A DNA stretch of 64,000 nt from Rhizobacter sp. (GTDB lineage Bacteria; Pseudomonadota; Gammaproteobacteria; Burkholderiales; Burkholderiaceae_C): the NCBI GenBank assembly GCA_018780185.1, contig JADMJX010000078.1, forward strand, positions 1,007-65,006, read 5' to 3'. Under the pieces are notes generated by a model. That model was not told where the DNA came from. It saw only the letters and a list, made by a program, of their open reading frames with translations, and did not search any database. Shown here one piece after another: positions 50,099 to 61,987 of this stretch (the stretch's first letter is position 1; every line of letters begins with the position of its first letter). A program made the translations under genes and the position numbers.

Positions 50099-51258
50099 CG
50101 ACCGGTTTCATTCCCCCAGGCGCCACCTTGGGCGTGATGGGCGGCGGCCAGCTGGGCCGCATGTTCGTGCACGCCGCGCAGCAGATGGGCTACGCCACCG
50201 CGGTGCTCGACCCCGATGCCGCCAGCCCCGCCGGGCTGGTCTCGCACCACCACGTGCAGGCCGACTACCTGAGCGACGCGGGCCTGGCCCAGCTGTCACA
50301 GGTGGCCGCTGCCATCACCACTGAATTCGAGAACGTTCCCGCCGCCGCACTGAAGCGCCTGGGCGCACAGCGGCCCGTGGCACCCTCCGGCGAGGCCGTC
50401 GCCACTTGCCAGGACCGCGCGTTGGAGAAGGCGCATTTCGTCGCCTGCGGTGTGCCTTGCGCGCCGCACGCGCTGATCGAAACCACGGCGCAGCTGGCGG
50501 CGGTGGCCGACGATCTGCTGCCCGGCGTGCTGAAAACCGCCCGCCTGGGGTACGACGGCAAGGGCCAGATCCGCGTCGCTGACCGCGCGCAGCTGGCCGC
50601 TGCCTGGGCCGAGCTGAAGCAGGTCCCCTGCGTGCTGGAGAAGATGCTGCCGCTCGCCTACGAAGTGAGCGTGATCGTCGCGCGCGGTGCGTCGGGCGAG
50701 TTGGTGCACTTTCCGCTGCAGCAGAACCTGCACCGTGATGGCATCCTCGCCGTGACTCTCGTGCCCGCGCCCGACGTCACCCCTGCGGTGCAGCAGCAGG
50801 CCATTGCTGCCGCCGAGAAGATTGCCGCCACGCTGCGCTACGTGGGTGTGCTGTGCGTCGAGTTCTTCGTGCTGAAAGACGGCAGCCTGGTTGCCAACGA
50901 AATGGCACCGAGACCTCACAACTCGGGCCACTACACGATCGACGCTTGCGACCTCTCGCAATTCGATCTGCAGGTGCGCACGCTCACCAACACGCCGCTC
51001 GCGGCGCCGCGCCTGCATTCGAGCGCGGTGATGCTCAACCTGCTGGGCGACCTGTGGTTTGCGAACGGTGCGGATGAAACCACCCCGCCCTGGGACCGTG
51101 TGCTGGCCTTGCCCGGCGCACACCTGCACCTCTACGGCAAGGCCAGTGCGCGCAAAGGCCGCAAGATGGGCCACCTGACCTTCACCGCGGCCACGCCGCA
51201 GCAGGCGCGCACGGTGGCCTTGCAGGCGGCCGAACTGTTGGGCCTCGCGGCGTGGTGA
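50095..51258 (+). CDS. purK: N5-carboxyaminoimidazole ribonucleotide synthase
   Basis: ATG overlaps the purE stop (ATGA); [15 protein letters not shown]-grasp; 387 aa. Confidence 0.95.
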   Translation: MTTGFIPPGATLGVMGGGQLGRMFVHAAQQMGYATAVLDPDAASPAGLVSHHHVQADYLSDAGLAQLSQVAAAITTEFENVPAAALKRLGAQRPVAPSGEAVATCQDRALEKAHFVACGVPCAPHALIETTAQLAAVADDLLPGVLKTARLGYDGKGQIRVADRAQLAAAWAELKQVPCVLEKMLPLAYEVSVIVARGASGELVHFPLQQNLHRDGILAVTLVPAPDVTPAVQQQAIAAAEKIAATLRYVGVLCVEFFVLKDGSLVANEMAPRPHNSGHYTIDACDLSQFDLQVRTLTNTPLAAPRLHSSAVMLNLLGDLWFANGADETTPPWDRVLALPGAHLHLYGKASARKGRKMGHLTFTAATPQQARTVALQAAELLGLAAW

Positions 51259-51263
51259 CCTGA

Positions 51264-52256
51264 GTGCTGCTGGACGGACAAGACCCCAGCGCCGTGGCGC
51301 GAGCCGCGCAGGCGCTGGCCGCGGGTGAGCTGGTCGGCTTTCCCACCGAGACGGTCTACGGGCTGGGTGCTCGCGCCGACGACGATGCGGCGGTGGCCAA
51401 GATCTTCGCCGCCAAGGGCCGGCCGGCCGACCACCCCTTGATCGTGCACGTGGCTTCGCCCGCAGATGCGCGGGCCTTTGCCGCCGATTGGCCGCCGATC
51501 GCCCGACGCCTCACTGAAACGCTGTGGCCGGGCCCGCTGACGGTGATCGTGCCGCGCCTGCCCCACATGGCTGCTGCGGCGGCGGGCGGGCAGTCGAGCA
51601 TCGGCTTGCGCTGCCCCAACCACCCGGTGGCCCAGGCCTTGTTGCGTGCCGCCAGCGCCTTGGGTGTGAAGGGCGTGGCGGCCCCCAGCGCCAACCGCTT
51701 CGGCCGCATCAGCCCGACCCTGGCCCGCCACGTGGTCGACGAGCTGGGCGAGGCCTTGCTGGTGCTCGATGGCGGTGCCTGCCAGGGCGGCATCGAGTCG
51801 AGCATCGTCGACTGCACCCGTGGTCACCCGGTGCTGCTGCGCCCCGGGGTGATCAGCCGCACCCGGCTGGAGGCGGTGGCCGGCGAGCCCTTGCTGGACC
51901 GCGACGAGACCGCACCGCGCGCCTCGGGCACGCTGGAAGCGCATTACGCGCCGCGTGCCAAGCTGCGCTTGATGTCGGCCGCCCTGTTGCGCACCGCCCT
52001 GCAGGTGCTGGACGACCCTGCCAAGGCGCCGGCGTTGAAGCTGGCGGTATATTGCCGCACCGTGCCCAAAAGTGCGGCGCCCGGTGCCCTCTACCGGCGC
52101 ATGCCCGCCGAGCCCGCGCCGGCGGCCCACGAATTGTTTGCTGTGTTGCGTGAACTGGATGACCAGGGCGCGCATCTCATCTGGGTGGAAGAACCGCCCG
52201 CCACCCCCGACTGGGACGGCGTGCGCGATCGGCTGCAACGCGCCGCAGCCGCCTGA
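51264..52256 (+). CDS. L-threonylcarbamoyladenylate synthase (Sua5/YwlC/TsaC2 type)
   Basis: GTG start; FPTETVYGLGA, KGRPADHPLIVHV motifs plus C-terminal Sua5 domain; 330 aa. Confidence 0.9.
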   Translation: MLLDGQDPSAVARAAQALAAGELVGFPTETVYGLGARADDDAAVAKIFAAKGRPADHPLIVHVASPADARAFAADWPPIARRLTETLWPGPLTVIVPRLPHMAAAAAGGQSSIGLRCPNHPVAQALLRAASALGVKGVAAPSANRFGRISPTLARHVVDELGEALLVLDGGACQGGIESSIVDCTRGHPVLLRPGVISRTRLEAVAGEPLLDRDETAPRASGTLEAHYAPRAKLRLMSAALLRTALQVLDDPAKAPALKLAVYCRTVPKSAAPGALYRRMPAEPAPAAHELFAVLRELDDQGAHLIWVEEPPATPDWDGVRDRLQRAAAA

Positions 52257-52298
52257 GCCCGGTCCCACCCCTCGCTGAAACCGATTTTTGGAGTGTTC

Positions 52299-53297
52299 AT
52301 GAAGTTCAAGTGGAATGTGATGCGCAACGCCGCAGTGGCCGCCCTGGCCGTGGCCGGCTTGGCATCGTGTGGTGGCGGCACGCAGGTTGAGTCGTTTGTG
52401 CCGACGAGAGTCATTGCAATGGGCGACGAGGCCAGCCTGATCAACAACCCCGGGGGCACCAAGTACACGGTCAATGCCGTCGTATTCACCACCGACACGT
52501 CGGTGACGCCGCCGGTGACCGCGCCTGCCGTCCCGACCGCGATCGAGTGCGCGAGCAATCAAATCTGGACGCAGCAGGTGGCCTACTCGTTCGGCATGGC
52601 TTTTCCGGGCTGCGCCACGACGGGCTACAACCTCAGCGGCGTGATGCTCGCGACGAACAATGCGACGGTGGCAGACCTGACTTCACAGGTGAACACCTAC
52701 CTGGGCGGCAACGTCAGCAGCCAGGATCTGGTGACGGTGATGGTGGGCACGAATGACATCATCCTTGCCGCAGAGAACTCGGCGAACCCTGTTGCGACGG
52801 TTCGTGCGGCTGGCACCCAGGTCGGGGCCGAAGTGGTCCGCATCACCGACCGCGGTGCCAAGGTGATCGTCTCGACGGTGCCCAGCCTGGGTCTGGCGCC
52901 CTATGCCATCAGCCGCGAAGCAGGTGCTCCGGGGACGGTGGCGCTCATGTCCGAGCTGTCGACCCAGTTCAACACGGCCTTGCGCCTGAAGCTGCAAGAC
53001 GTGCGTGATGGTGGCCGGGCCGTGGGTCTGGTGCTGGCCGATGAGTTGGTGCTGGCGATGACGCGTAACCCCGTCGGGTATGGGCTCGTCAACTTCACGC
53101 TGCCGATTTGCCCGACAGCGGTTGCGCTCACCAGCTGCGACATGACCACCATCACACCGGCCGCGATCGACCCCGCCGGGGTCACCGCCAACTATGGCCA
53201 TGACTGGCTCTGGGCCGATGATCGCCACCTCGGTGCCAATGCCCAAGGCCGCCTCGGCGCGCTGGCCGTGAACCGCGCCCGCAACAACCCGTTCTGA
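52299..53297 (+). CDS. SGNH/GDSL-family hydrolase lipoprotein
   Basis: Lipobox GLASCGG; block I-like IAMGDEASL, block III-like VMVGTNDI; GGAG 6 nt before ATG 52299. Confidence 0.7.
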   Translation: MKFKWNVMRNAAVAALAVAGLASCGGGTQVESFVPTRVIAMGDEASLINNPGGTKYTVNAVVFTTDTSVTPPVTAPAVPTAIECASNQIWTQQVAYSFGMAFPGCATTGYNLSGVMLATNNATVADLTSQVNTYLGGNVSSQDLVTVMVGTNDIILAAENSANPVATVRAAGTQVGAEVVRITDRGAKVIVSTVPSLGLAPYAISREAGAPGTVALMSELSTQFNTALRLKLQDVRDGGRAVGLVLADELVLAMTRNPVGYGLVNFTLPICPTAVALTSCDMTTITPAAIDPAGVTANYGHDWLWADDRHLGANAQGRLGALAVNRARNNPF

Positions 53298-53301
53298 CCC
53301 G

Positions 53302-53586
53302 TCAGGTGGCGCGGCGCTTGCGCCGCCTCGCCTCGATCAGCAGCTTCATCGCGAGAATGCTCAGCGCGAGCATCAGCGTGATGGCGTTGGCCAGCGTGAT
53401 CGGCCACGAGCGCAGCACCACCCCATAGACCAGCCACAGCGCCACGCCGAGCGTGAAGGCGCTGTACATGCCGAGCGAGATGCCTCTCACGTCGCGTGTG
53501 CGGAAGGTGTGCCACGCCTGCAGGGCAAACGAGCCGGTGGTGAGGCTGGCGGCGGCATAGCCGAGCCATTCGGCGATGTGGTTCAT
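53302..53586 (-). CDS. SemiSWEET (PQ-loop/MtN3 family) 3-TM transporter
   Basis: 94 aa from MNHIAEWLGYAAASLTTGSFALQAWHTFRTRDVRGISLGMY...LWLVYG...ANAITL..L..K, matching the bacterial SemiSWEET pattern; start overlaps the dacB stop (ATGA). Confidence 0.75.
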   Translation of the reverse strand: MNHIAEWLGYAAASLTTGSFALQAWHTFRTRDVRGISLGMYSAFTLGVALWLVYGVVLRSWPITLANAITLMLALSILAMKLLIEARRRKRRAT

Positions 53587-55067
53587 GGGCTGGAAGCAGG
53601 GGGCGGTGCCGGCAGCGGCGCCGGCGGGGTGGGCCGACTCATGTCGTTCGCCGCCCATTGCACCAAGGCCTCGAGCGCTGGCCGCGCGGCGTTGGCATTC
53701 GGGTGGTTGATGATGGCCACCAGCACATGGCGGCGTCCGCCGTGGCTCAGCACATAACCGGCCACGCCGGCCACGTCTTTCAGCGAACCGGTCTTCAGGT
53801 GGGCTCGGCCGGTGGCGGCGTTGCGTGCACGGCGCAGCGTGCCGTCGATGCCGCTCACGGGCAACGAGCTCATCAGCTCGGACATCGCCGGGCCGGCATA
53901 GGCCGCCTGCAGCAGGCGGGCCATCAGCTGCGCCGTGAGGCGTGACTCGCGCGACAGGCCCGAACCGTTGTCGATCACTGCAGCACGTGCGTCATCGCCG
54001 AAGCGGTCGACCAGCCACTGGCGAAGCAGGTCGCGCGCCTGCTCCGGCGTGCCACTGCCGCGCTGGGTGACAGCGAGGGTGAAGAACAGCTGCTGCGCCA
54101 TCACGTTGTTGCTGAACTTGTTGATGTCGCGCACCAGCTCAGCCAGCGGCGGTGAGCTCAGTTCGAAGCTCGGTGGGTCGGTGGGTGCTTGCCCATCGCG
54201 CACCCGGCCGATCAGCCTGCCGCCCATTTCGCGCCACAGGCCGGCCAGCACACGCGGGTTGTAGGCCTTGGGGTCGGCGTAGGCGAGCGGCCACTGCTTT
54301 TCACCGCAGGCGCTGGCGTAGTGGCCGGCGAAACGAATTCGCTGCGGGTCGGCCAGGTCGGGGCGCAGGGCGGCACGCCAGTCGTTGCACACGCCATTGG
54401 ACAGGGGCACGCCCACGTCGACGCGCACACCCGCCAGCGGCGGCTCGGTCGACACGATGGCAATGCCGCGCGCCGGGTCGGGGGTGAAGGTGAGTAACAA
54501 CGACTTGTAGTTGAGCAGCAGCGCATCGGGCCGCACGTTGTAGGGGCGCAGCGGCTCGCCGTCGAAGTCGGCCGGGTTCTGCTCGGGCACGCTGAAGGCG
54601 CTGCGGTCGAGCACGATGTCACCGCGGATCTCGCGCACGCCCAGTTGCTGCACTCGGCGCAACAGCAGCCACAGCCGCTCCTGCACGAGCTTGGGGTCGC
54701 CGTTGCCCTTGATCACCAGGTTGCCGTCGAGCACGCCATTGAGGGTGGTGCCCTGTATCCACACCGGCGTGGTCCAGGTCCAGGCCGGGCCGAGCAGGTC
54801 GAGCGCTGCGGCGGTGGTCACGAGCTTCATCAGCGAGGCCGGGTTCACCGGCGCTTGCGCCTGCCAGCTCAGGTGGGGTGTGGCGGCACCCACTTCCTGC
54901 ACCACCACCGAGAGGGCCTCGCGTGGCACGCCGGCGCGTTGCAGGGCGGCTTCGACATCGGGAGGCAGGGCGTTGGCGCCGGCCGGGCTGACCCCCATGA
55001 ACAAGGTGGCGGCGAGGGTGCAAGACAGAGTGTGAAACAGGGGCCGAAACAGGGTGCGAAGAGGCAT
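53583..55067 (-). CDS. dacB: D-alanyl-D-alanine carboxypeptidase/endopeptidase (PBP4 family)
   Basis: Signal peptide from MPLRTLFRPLF; SxxK (ASLMKL), SGIDGTL, KTGSL motifs. Confidence 0.92.
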   Translation of the reverse strand: MPLRTLFRPLFHTLSCTLAATLFMGVSPAGANALPPDVEAALQRAGVPREALSVVVQEVGAATPHLSWQAQAPVNPASLMKLVTTAAALDLLGPAWTWTTPVWIQGTTLNGVLDGNLVIKGNGDPKLVQERLWLLLRRVQQLGVREIRGDIVLDRSAFSVPEQNPADFDGEPLRPYNVRPDALLLNYKSLLLTFTPDPARGIAIVSTEPPLAGVRVDVGVPLSNGVCNDWRAALRPDLADPQRIRFAGHYASACGEKQWPLAYADPKAYNPRVLAGLWREMGGRLIGRVRDGQAPTDPPSFELSSPPLAELVRDINKFSNNVMAQQLFFTLAVTQRGSGTPEQARDLLRQWLVDRFGDDARAAVIDNGSGLSRESRLTAQLMARLLQAAYAGPAMSELMSSLPVSGIDGTLRRARNAATGRAHLKTGSLKDVAGVAGYVLSHGGRRHVLVAIINHPNANAARPALEALVQWAANDMSRPTPPAPLPAPPPASSP

Positions 55068-55121
55068 GGCGGGATGATCGCATGCAGGTGCCCCACCCAA
55101 GCGCCCGGTAGACTCGTGACC

Positions 55122-55835
55122 ATGGCCAAACTACTGGCGTTCGACACCTCCACCGAAGCGATGAGCATGGCCCTGCAGCTGCCGCAGGGCCTGCTCGTGC
55201 GCGAGTTGGCGGGCGGCCCCCAGGCCTCGGCGCGCTTGATCCCCGAGATCCTCTCGATGCTCGCCGAAGCCGGCTGCACGCTGGCCGAGCTCGACGCCAT
55301 CGCCTTTGGCCGCGGCCCCGGTGCGTTCACCGGTTTGCGCACGGCCTGTTCGGTGGCACAGGGCCTCGCGTTTGGTGCCGACAAGCCGGTGATTGCAGTC
55401 GACAGCCTGATGCTCGTGGCGCAGGACGCGCACCAACAGCAGCCCGCCGACGAGATCTGGGTCGCGATGGATGCACGCATGGACGAGGTCTATGCCGGCG
55501 CCTACCGCTGGCAGGGGGGACGCTGGTCGGTGCTGTCGGCCCCGGCGCTGTATTCGGTGGCGGCGATCAACCAGCGCTGGCAGGCCGAGCCACCGGCCGT
55601 GATCGCCGGCTCGGCGCTGGAGGCCTTCGGTGAGCGGCTGCACACCGCGGCGGCCGTGCGCATCACCCAGCCGCGCTCGCGCGCCCGGGCGCTGGCCGAG
55701 GTGGCACAACAGCTGTGGGCCGAGGGTGCGACCGTCGATGCCGCGCTGGCGCTGCCGCTGTACCTGCGCGACAAGGTCGCACAGACCACGGTCGAGCGCG
55801 AAGCGATTCGCCTCGCCAAGGAGGCTGCCACATGA
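55122..55835 (+). CDS. tsaB: tRNA N6-threonylcarbamoyladenosine biosynthesis protein TsaB
   Basis: MAKLLAFDTSTEAMSMAL start, GPGAFTGLR motif; 237 aa. Confidence 0.92.
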   Translation: MAKLLAFDTSTEAMSMALQLPQGLLVRELAGGPQASARLIPEILSMLAEAGCTLAELDAIAFGRGPGAFTGLRTACSVAQGLAFGADKPVIAVDSLMLVAQDAHQQQPADEIWVAMDARMDEVYAGAYRWQGGRWSVLSAPALYSVAAINQRWQAEPPAVIAGSALEAFGERLHTAAAVRITQPRSRARALAEVAQQLWAEGATVDAALALPLYLRDKVAQTTVEREAIRLAKEAAT

Positions 55836-55920
55836 GCCGGGCCGCCGCGCCGGGCCGCCCCAAGCAAGAACCGACCCTCACGGAGGGTCGGTCGCTGTAC
55901 CCAGAGACCGGGGTGCAGTC

Positions 55921-56427
55921 ATGAGCGCCGTCTTGCGCGACGAACGGCTGCTGCTGCCCATGACGGTCAAGCAGATCGACAGCGTGCTCGAGGTCGAGCT
56001 GCAGGCCTACCCCTTCCCCTGGACGCGCGGGAACTTCATCGACTCGCTGGCGGCGGCTTACCCGTCGCAGGTGCTGTATGGCGTGCAAGGCGAATTGCTC
56101 GGCTACTTCGTCGCGATGGAAGGGGTGGACGAGCTGCACCTGCTCAACATCACCGTCGCCCCGGCCGCACAAGGCCGCGGCCACGCGCGCTTCATGCTGG
56201 ACGAGCTGTGCGCACTCGGGCGAGCCAGGCGCGCGCAGCAGATCTGGCTGGAGGTGCGCGAGAGCAACCAGCGCGCACGAGACATCTACGCGCACTATGG
56301 TTTTGTGCAGGTCGGCCTGCGGCGTGGTTATTACCCCGCTGCGCGCAGCACGCATGCGAGCGGGCGCGAGGACGCGGTGGTGATGAGCCTGGCCCTGACG
56401 ACGGGAGCACCGCATGGGCTGGAGTGA
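55921..56427 (+). CDS. rimI: Ribosomal-protein-alanine N-acetyltransferase
   Basis: GNAT fold with LLNITVAPAAQGRGHARFML; follows tsaB as in many bacteria. Confidence 0.88.
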   Translation: MSAVLRDERLLLPMTVKQIDSVLEVELQAYPFPWTRGNFIDSLAAAYPSQVLYGVQGELLGYFVAMEGVDELHLLNITVAPAAQGRGHARFMLDELCALGRARRAQQIWLEVRESNQRARDIYAHYGFVQVGLRRGYYPAARSTHASGREDAVVMSLALTTGAPHGLE

Positions 56428-57187
56428 GCGCCAGGTCGCGATGCTGGCCGAGATGGGCATCCGCGTGTGGAGCACGCCCGAGGCCGCTGCCGAAGCGGCC
56501 TCGCCACCACCAGAGTTGCGTGCGGCCGTCGTGGCAGCTTCTCCGCAACGTGAAGCGGCCGGCGCCGCCGCCCCCGCCGCCCTCGGCGCGCGCCCGCTGG
56601 GCATCGACACCATGGGTTGGCCCGAGCTGCGCGAGGCGGTGGCCGGCTGCACCGCCTGCAAATTGTGCAGCGGCCGCACCCAGACCGTGTTCGGCGTGGG
56701 CAACGAGCGTGCGCACTGGATGATCGTCGGCGAAGCGCCGGGCGAGCAGGAAGACCAGCAAGGCGAGCCCTTCGTCGGCAAGTCGGGCCAGCTGCTCGAC
56801 AACATGCTGCGCGCGCTGGGCCTCACGCGTGGCGACGCACCCGCCGACCAGCAGGTCTACATCGCCAACACCGTCAAGTGCCGCCCGCCCGGCAACCGCA
56901 ACCCCGAGCCGGCCGAGCTGGCGCAGTGCGAGCCCTTCCTCATCCGCCAGATCGCGCTGCTGCAGCCGCGCATCATCCTGGCGATGGGTCGCTTTGCGGT
57001 GCAAAGCCTGCTGCGCAGCACCGAGCCCATCGGCCGCCTGCGTGGGCGGGTGCACCAGTACCAGGGCGTGCCACTGGTGGTGACCTACCACCCCGCGTAT
57101 TTGCTGCGCAACCCCGAAGACAAGTCGCGCGCCTGGGACGACCTCTGCCTCGCTCGCGAGGCGCTGCAGGCCCACACCACCGCCTGA
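56414..57187 (+). CDS. Uracil-DNA glycosylase, family 4
   Basis: CTACKLC, GEAPGEQEDQQGEPFVGKSGQLL, TYHPAYLLRNP motifs; Ala/Pro-rich N-terminal extension. Confidence 0.9.
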   Translation: MGWSERQVAMLAEMGIRVWSTPEAAAEAASPPPELRAAVVAASPQREAAGAAAPAALGARPLGIDTMGWPELREAVAGCTACKLCSGRTQTVFGVGNERAHWMIVGEAPGEQEDQQGEPFVGKSGQLLDNMLRALGLTRGDAPADQQVYIANTVKCRPPGNRNPEPAELAQCEPFLIRQIALLQPRIILAMGRFAVQSLLRSTEPIGRLRGRVHQYQGVPLVVTYHPAYLLRNPEDKSRAWDDLCLAREALQAHTTA

Positions 57188-57222
57188 GCCAGGGGGAGGC
57201 TGCGGCAGGGGCCCCGGCTATC

Positions 57223-59685
57223 ATGGCCGGCCACCCCTTTGCACGCGTCACACCGGCCTCCATGACCCACCTCCTCCCCACCCAGCGCGAGAGCGATCTG
57301 CCCGACGCAGACACCTTGCCGTGCATGCTGGTGTGGCTGTCGACCGAGGGCGTGGTCTTGCGTGGCAACAAGGCCTTTGCCGACTTCTGCAGCGTCTCGA
57401 TCGGGCAGGGCACGGCGCTGGCGCTGCCCACCGTGCTGAGCGCCGACTCGGCCGCCGCACTTGCCCCGCAACTGGCGGCGCGGCGCGATTTCGAGATCAA
57501 CCTCTGCTTGCCGCGCGCACGCAACGCCGCCTGGGCCGACGCCTGGCTCGACTGCCGTGCACGCTGGCTGCCCGACCCGGGCTGCTACCTCTGCACCTTG
57601 CACGACGTGACCACCACCCGCCTGGCCGAACTCTCCGCCCGCGCCCGCGCCGACCAGTTCCAGCTGCTGGCCGACAACGTGCCGGTGCTCATCTCCTCGT
57701 TCGAGGCGGGCTCCTTCCGCTGCCTGTTCGCCAACAAGCGGTACGCCCACACCTTCGGCTTCGATGAACACTCGGTGATCGGCTGCACCTTCGCCGAGAT
57801 CATCGGCCCCGACGCGGCCGAAGCCATCCAGCCGTATGTCGATTACGTGCTGCAAGAGCACAAGGCCACCTCGTACGAGCGCGAGCTGCGTGCCCCCGAT
57901 GGCTCGCGCCACTGGCTGGAGGTCAACCTCATTCCGCACCTCGGGCCCGACGGCACGCTGCTCGCGGCCTTCGTGCTGATCACCGACATCACCAAACACC
58001 GCCTCGCCGAGCAGGCGGTGCGCGAGTCGGAAGAGCGCCTGGGCAAGTTCATGCAGGCCAGCGTCGAAGGCATCCTGTTCCACAAGAAGGGCTACATCAC
58101 CGACGCCAACCCGCCCCTGTGCGAGCTGGTGGGCTTCACGCTCGATGAACTGCTCGGGCGCTACGTGCTCGACTTCGTGCCTGCCGACCACGTGGGCAAA
58201 GTGGCCGCGATCATGGAAGCCGGCGAAGAGACCTCCTACGAGAGCGTGATCCTGCACAAGGACGGGCGCCGCATGCCGATCGAATTCATCGTGCGCACCA
58301 TTGAGCGCCACGGCGAGCGCATGCGCATGACCATCGTGCGCGACATCCGAGACCGCCACGCCGCGCAGGCCCACATCCAGCACCTGGCGCACCACGATGT
58401 GCTGACCGGCTTGCCCAACCGCGTGAGCCTGATGGACCACCTCGGCCACATGATCGCTGCCGCGCGCCGCAACGACTCGCAGGTGGCGCTGCTCTTCATC
58501 GACCTCGACCACTTCAAGCGGGTCAACGACTCGCTCGGCCACCTGGTGGGCGACACGCTCCTGCAGACGCTCGCACGGCGCATCACCGAAACCCTGCGCA
58601 CCACCGACGTGGTGGCGCGCTTCGGTGGCGACGAGTTCATCGTGCTGCTGCCGCGCACGCTGCAGCGCATGGACGTCGAAGAGGTCGCGCAGAAGCTGCT
58701 CGCCGCCATCGAGGTGCCGGTCAACGCCGATGGGCGCCTGATCTCGGTCACGCCGTCGATCGGTGTCTCGATGTTCCCGCACGACGGCGAAACTGCCGAC
58801 GACCTGATCAAGAACGCCGACACCGCCATGTACCTGGCCAAGTCGCGCGGGCGGGCCAACTTCCAGTTCTTCACCTCCGAGATGGCGAGCTCGGCCTACG
58901 CCGCGCTGGTGCTCGAGAGCCAGATGGTGCAGGCCCTCGCGCGTGGCGAGTTCGAGCTGTATTTCCAGCCGCAGGTGCGCGCGCGTGATGGCGTGCTGGT
59001 CGGTGCAGAGGCGCTGATCCGCTGGAACCACCCCGAGCGTGGGCTCTTGCTGCCCGACGCTTTCATTCCGCTGGCCGAGCAGCAGCGCCTCATGCTGCCC
59101 ATCGGCCAATGGGTGTTGCGCGAGGCTGCGCGGTGTGCGCGGCGCTGGCATGCGGCCGGCATGGTCGGTGTGCCAGTGGCGGTGAACCTATCCACCGTGC
59201 AGTTCCAGACCAGCGGCTTCACCGCGCTGATCGAGCAGCTGCTGCGCGAAGAAGACGTGGGCGGCGAGCTGCTCGAATTCGAGCTCACCGAGCGCATGCT
59301 GATGGACGACCTGCCCGAGGTGAAGCGCAAGCTCGGCGAGCTCAAGGAGATGGGCATCCGCATCTCGGTCGACGACTTCGGCACCGGCTACTCGTCGCTG
59401 GCCCACCTCAAAGAGCTGCCGATCGACAAGATGAAGATCGACCGCTCCTTCGTGCTGGGCCTGCCGAGCGAAACCGATTCGGCCGCCATCGCACGCGCCA
59501 TCGTGCAGATGGCGCGCGGCCTCGGGCTGGCGGTGATCGCCGAAGGTGTCGAGACCGATGCCCAGCGCGGTTTCCTCGCGCGGCTCGATTGCGACGAGCT
59601 GCAGGGCACGCTGATCAGCAAGCCGCTGTCACTGGCTGGCTTCGAGGCCTGGGTGGCTGCGCGCAGCAGCCTGACGGTGGCCTAG
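57223..59685 (+). CDS. PAS-domain diguanylate cyclase/phosphodiesterase (GGDEF + EAL)
   Basis: PAS repeats, then RFGGDEFIVLL (GGDEF), GAEALIRW (EAL), DDFGTGYSSL; start 57223 or 57262, both in frame. Confidence 0.9.
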   Translation: MAGHPFARVTPASMTHLLPTQRESDLPDADTLPCMLVWLSTEGVVLRGNKAFADFCSVSIGQGTALALPTVLSADSAAALAPQLAARRDFEINLCLPRARNAAWADAWLDCRARWLPDPGCYLCTLHDVTTTRLAELSARARADQFQLLADNVPVLISSFEAGSFRCLFANKRYAHTFGFDEHSVIGCTFAEIIGPDAAEAIQPYVDYVLQEHKATSYERELRAPDGSRHWLEVNLIPHLGPDGTLLAAFVLITDITKHRLAEQAVRESEERLGKFMQASVEGILFHKKGYITDANPPLCELVGFTLDELLGRYVLDFVPADHVGKVAAIMEAGEETSYESVILHKDGRRMPIEFIVRTIERHGERMRMTIVRDIRDRHAAQAHIQHLAHHDVLTGLPNRVSLMDHLGHMIAAARRNDSQVALLFIDLDHFKRVNDSLGHLVGDTLLQTLARRITETLRTTDVVARFGGDEFIVLLPRTLQRMDVEEVAQKLLAAIEVPVNADGRLISVTPSIGVSMFPHDGETADDLIKNADTAMYLAKSRGRANFQFFTSEMASSAYAALVLESQMVQALARGEFELYFQPQVRARDGVLVGAEALIRWNHPERGLLLPDAFIPLAEQQRLMLPIGQWVLREAARCARRWHAAGMVGVPVAVNLSTVQFQTSGFTALIEQLLREEDVGGELLEFELTERMLMDDLPEVKRKLGELKEMGIRISVDDFGTGYSSLAHLKELPIDKMKIDRSFVLGLPSETDSAAIARAIVQMARGLGLAVIAEGVETDAQRGFLARLDCDELQGTLISKPLSLAGFEAWVAARSSLTVA

Positions 59686-59695
59686 CAGCGCTGGC

Positions 59696-61091
<1,396 letters not shown>

Positions 61092-61093
<2 letters not shown>

Positions 61094-61979
61094 GCAGATT
61101 CCTTCCTGGAAGTCCCTGATTATCGGTTCGCTGCTGGTGCTCGCCAGCCTGCTTTCAGGGTGTGGGGCGGTGCGCTTCGCTTACGGCCAGGGCCCCGACC
61201 TCGCCTACTGGTGGCTCGACGGCTACGCCGACTTCAACGATGAACAGACGCCGCGTGCGCGCGACGCGCTCTCGGAGTGGTTTCGCTGGCACCGCGCCAC
61301 GCAGCTGCCGGACTACGTGCAGTTCCTGACGCGCCTGCAGGGGCACGCCACCGAGCCCATCACGGCGCCGCAGGTGTGCGGCCTGTACGCACAAGCCTGG
61401 AGCCGCCTCGACCCGATGATCGACCGCGCCTTGCCCGCCGCGGTGGAGACGGTGCAAAGCCTCACGCTTGCGCAGATCGCCCACATCGAGCGCAAGTACG
61501 CCAAGGTCAACGCCGACTTCCGCAGCGACTACCTGCAGCCCGACCCCGCCGAGCGGCTGGAAGAGTCCATCGAGCGCGCCGTCAGCCGCGCCGAGATGCT
61601 TTACGGCAGCCTCGACGACACCCAGCTCGCGCACCTGAAGCGCGCCATTGCCGCCTCGCCCTTCGACCCGCAGCTGTGGCTGCAAGAGCGCATGCTGCGC
61701 CAGCAAGACGTGGTCAAGACGCTGCGCCGCCTGGTCACCGAGCGTGCGCCGGCCGACCAGACGCTGGCCGCGCTGCGGGTGCTGGTGGTGCATGCGCAAC
61801 GCTCGCCGCGCGAGGTCTACCTCAAGTACCAGGCCCGGCTGCACGAATACAACTGCAAGTTGGCGGCCGAGCTGCACAACAGCACCAGCCGCGAGCAGCG
61901 CCTGGCCGCGGTGAAAAAGCTCAAGTCGTGGGAAGAAGACGCCCGCGCGCTGGCGGCCGACGCCGCCCGCGCGCCGTAG
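61092..61979 (+). CDS. Hypothetical lipoprotein (resembles DUF6279-type lipoproteins from memory)
   Basis: MQIPSWKSLIIGSLLVLASLLSGC lipobox; internal ATG of ORF 60858-61979; helical, 295 aa. Confidence 0.65.
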
Positions 61980-61987
61980 CGCCCCGT

